This document shows positions 63,379 through 64,000 of a stretch of 64,000 nt of DNA, piece after piece (positions within the stretch are counted from its first letter, which is position 1; every line of letters begins with the position of its first letter). Where the stretch lies: assembly GCA_023261815.1 (NCBI GenBank), contig JALNKA010000002.1, forward strand, positions 68,340 through 132,339, read 5' to 3'. Made by a program: the position numbers and the translations under genes. A model generated the notes under the pieces. The model was not told where the DNA came from and did no database searches. It saw only the letters and a list, made by a program, of their open reading frames with translations. Origin of the DNA: Candidatus Wolframiiraptor sinensis (GTDB taxonomy: Archaea > Thermoproteota > Nitrososphaeria_A > Caldarchaeales > Wolframiiraptoraceae).

Positions 63379-64000
63379 TCAGAGAATCTTCACCTCACTC
63401 AGCGGCCTGACTTTCATGACCTCTGGGTTGAACAGGTTCTCGGGCTTCTCCCCTCTAAGGACCTTTATTATGCCGGTTGCGGTGAGCTCGGCCATCTTAC
63501 TCCTAGTCTCATGAGAGGCGCTTCCGATGTGCGGCGTGAGGACGACGTTCTCAAGCTTCAGGAGCGGGTCATCGGGATCTATCGGCTCCTTCTCGAAGAC
63601 ATCAAGCCCGGCGCCGGCGATCCAACCCTCCTTCAAAGCCCTGAAAAGCGCCCTTTGATCGATCACCGGGCCGCGAGAGGTGTTAACGAGGATCGCGGTC
63701 CTCTTCATGAGCCTGAGCTCCCTCTCGCCGATGAGTCTCCTCGTCTCAGGCGTTAATGGAACGTGGATCGAAACGTAGTCCGATTCCCTCAGGAGTCTCT
63801 CTAGCGGAGCATACTCCACGCCGAGCTCCTCCTCAACCTCCCTCATCCTGACGACATCATAATAGAGGACCTTCATGTTGAAGCCCTTAGCCCTTCTTGC
63901 TACAGCCTGCCCAATTCTCCCGAGGCCTATTATCCCGAGAACCTTCCCATAGACATCATATCCGAGCATCATCGTGGGCGCCCACGGGATCTTCCAATCA
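63379..64000 (-). CDS. D-2-hydroxyacid dehydrogenase (glyoxylate reductase-like), 5' end outside the window
   Basis: GLGRIG, HVPLT, NTSRG, LDVFEKEP, TPHIGS. Confidence 0.92.
   Translation of the reverse strand, partial: DWKIPWAPTMMLGYDVYGKVLGIIGLGRIGQAVARRAKGFNMKVLYYDVVRMREVEEELGVEYAPLERLLRESDYVSIHVPLTPETRRLIGERELRLMKRTAILVNTSRGPVIDQRALFRALKEGWIAGAGLDVFEKEPIDPDDPLLKLENVVLTPHIGSASHETRSKMAELTATGIIKVLRGEKPENLFNPEVMKVRPLSEVKIL

Overview
GC-rich, densely packed archaeal chromosome segment of a TACK-group thermophile. Aigarchaeota/Caldarchaeales-like affiliation is an inference from gene content and multi-intron tRNAs. The first ~13 kb, next to an intron-containing tRNA-Ser(GGA), is a redox/stress cluster: SOD, ArsC, GAPN, rubrerythrin, 2-oxoacid:ferredoxin oxidoreductase, TrxR, permease, SDR, HtrA, HTH regulator and a DUF438-hemerythrin-PAS protein. 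Three genes in the first 16 kb carry reading-frame lesions: gapN (in-frame TAG plus terminal +1 shift), an SDR (11-bp duplication) and an orphan methyltransferase (+1 shift at TTTTTT-CTT-TAA). About 20-61 kb is core information-processing and cofactor genes in a heavily shuffled order, with two cdc48 paralogues showing DNA-level homogenisation and a two-intron tRNA-Gln(TTG). The most novel-looking item is a wHTH + ATP-cone + apparently catalytically dead class III ribonucleotide reductase fusion (53956..55701), a candidate nucleotide-sensing transcription factor. Others are the possibly recoded or phase-variable methyltransferase, a structured intergenic RNA candidate (~12.9-13.0 kb), a probable CTG start codon in moaB and a divergent KARI-like gene in a catabolic context. 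No CRISPR array, rRNA or intact mobile element was seen. All calls come from motif recognition by eye; no searches were run.
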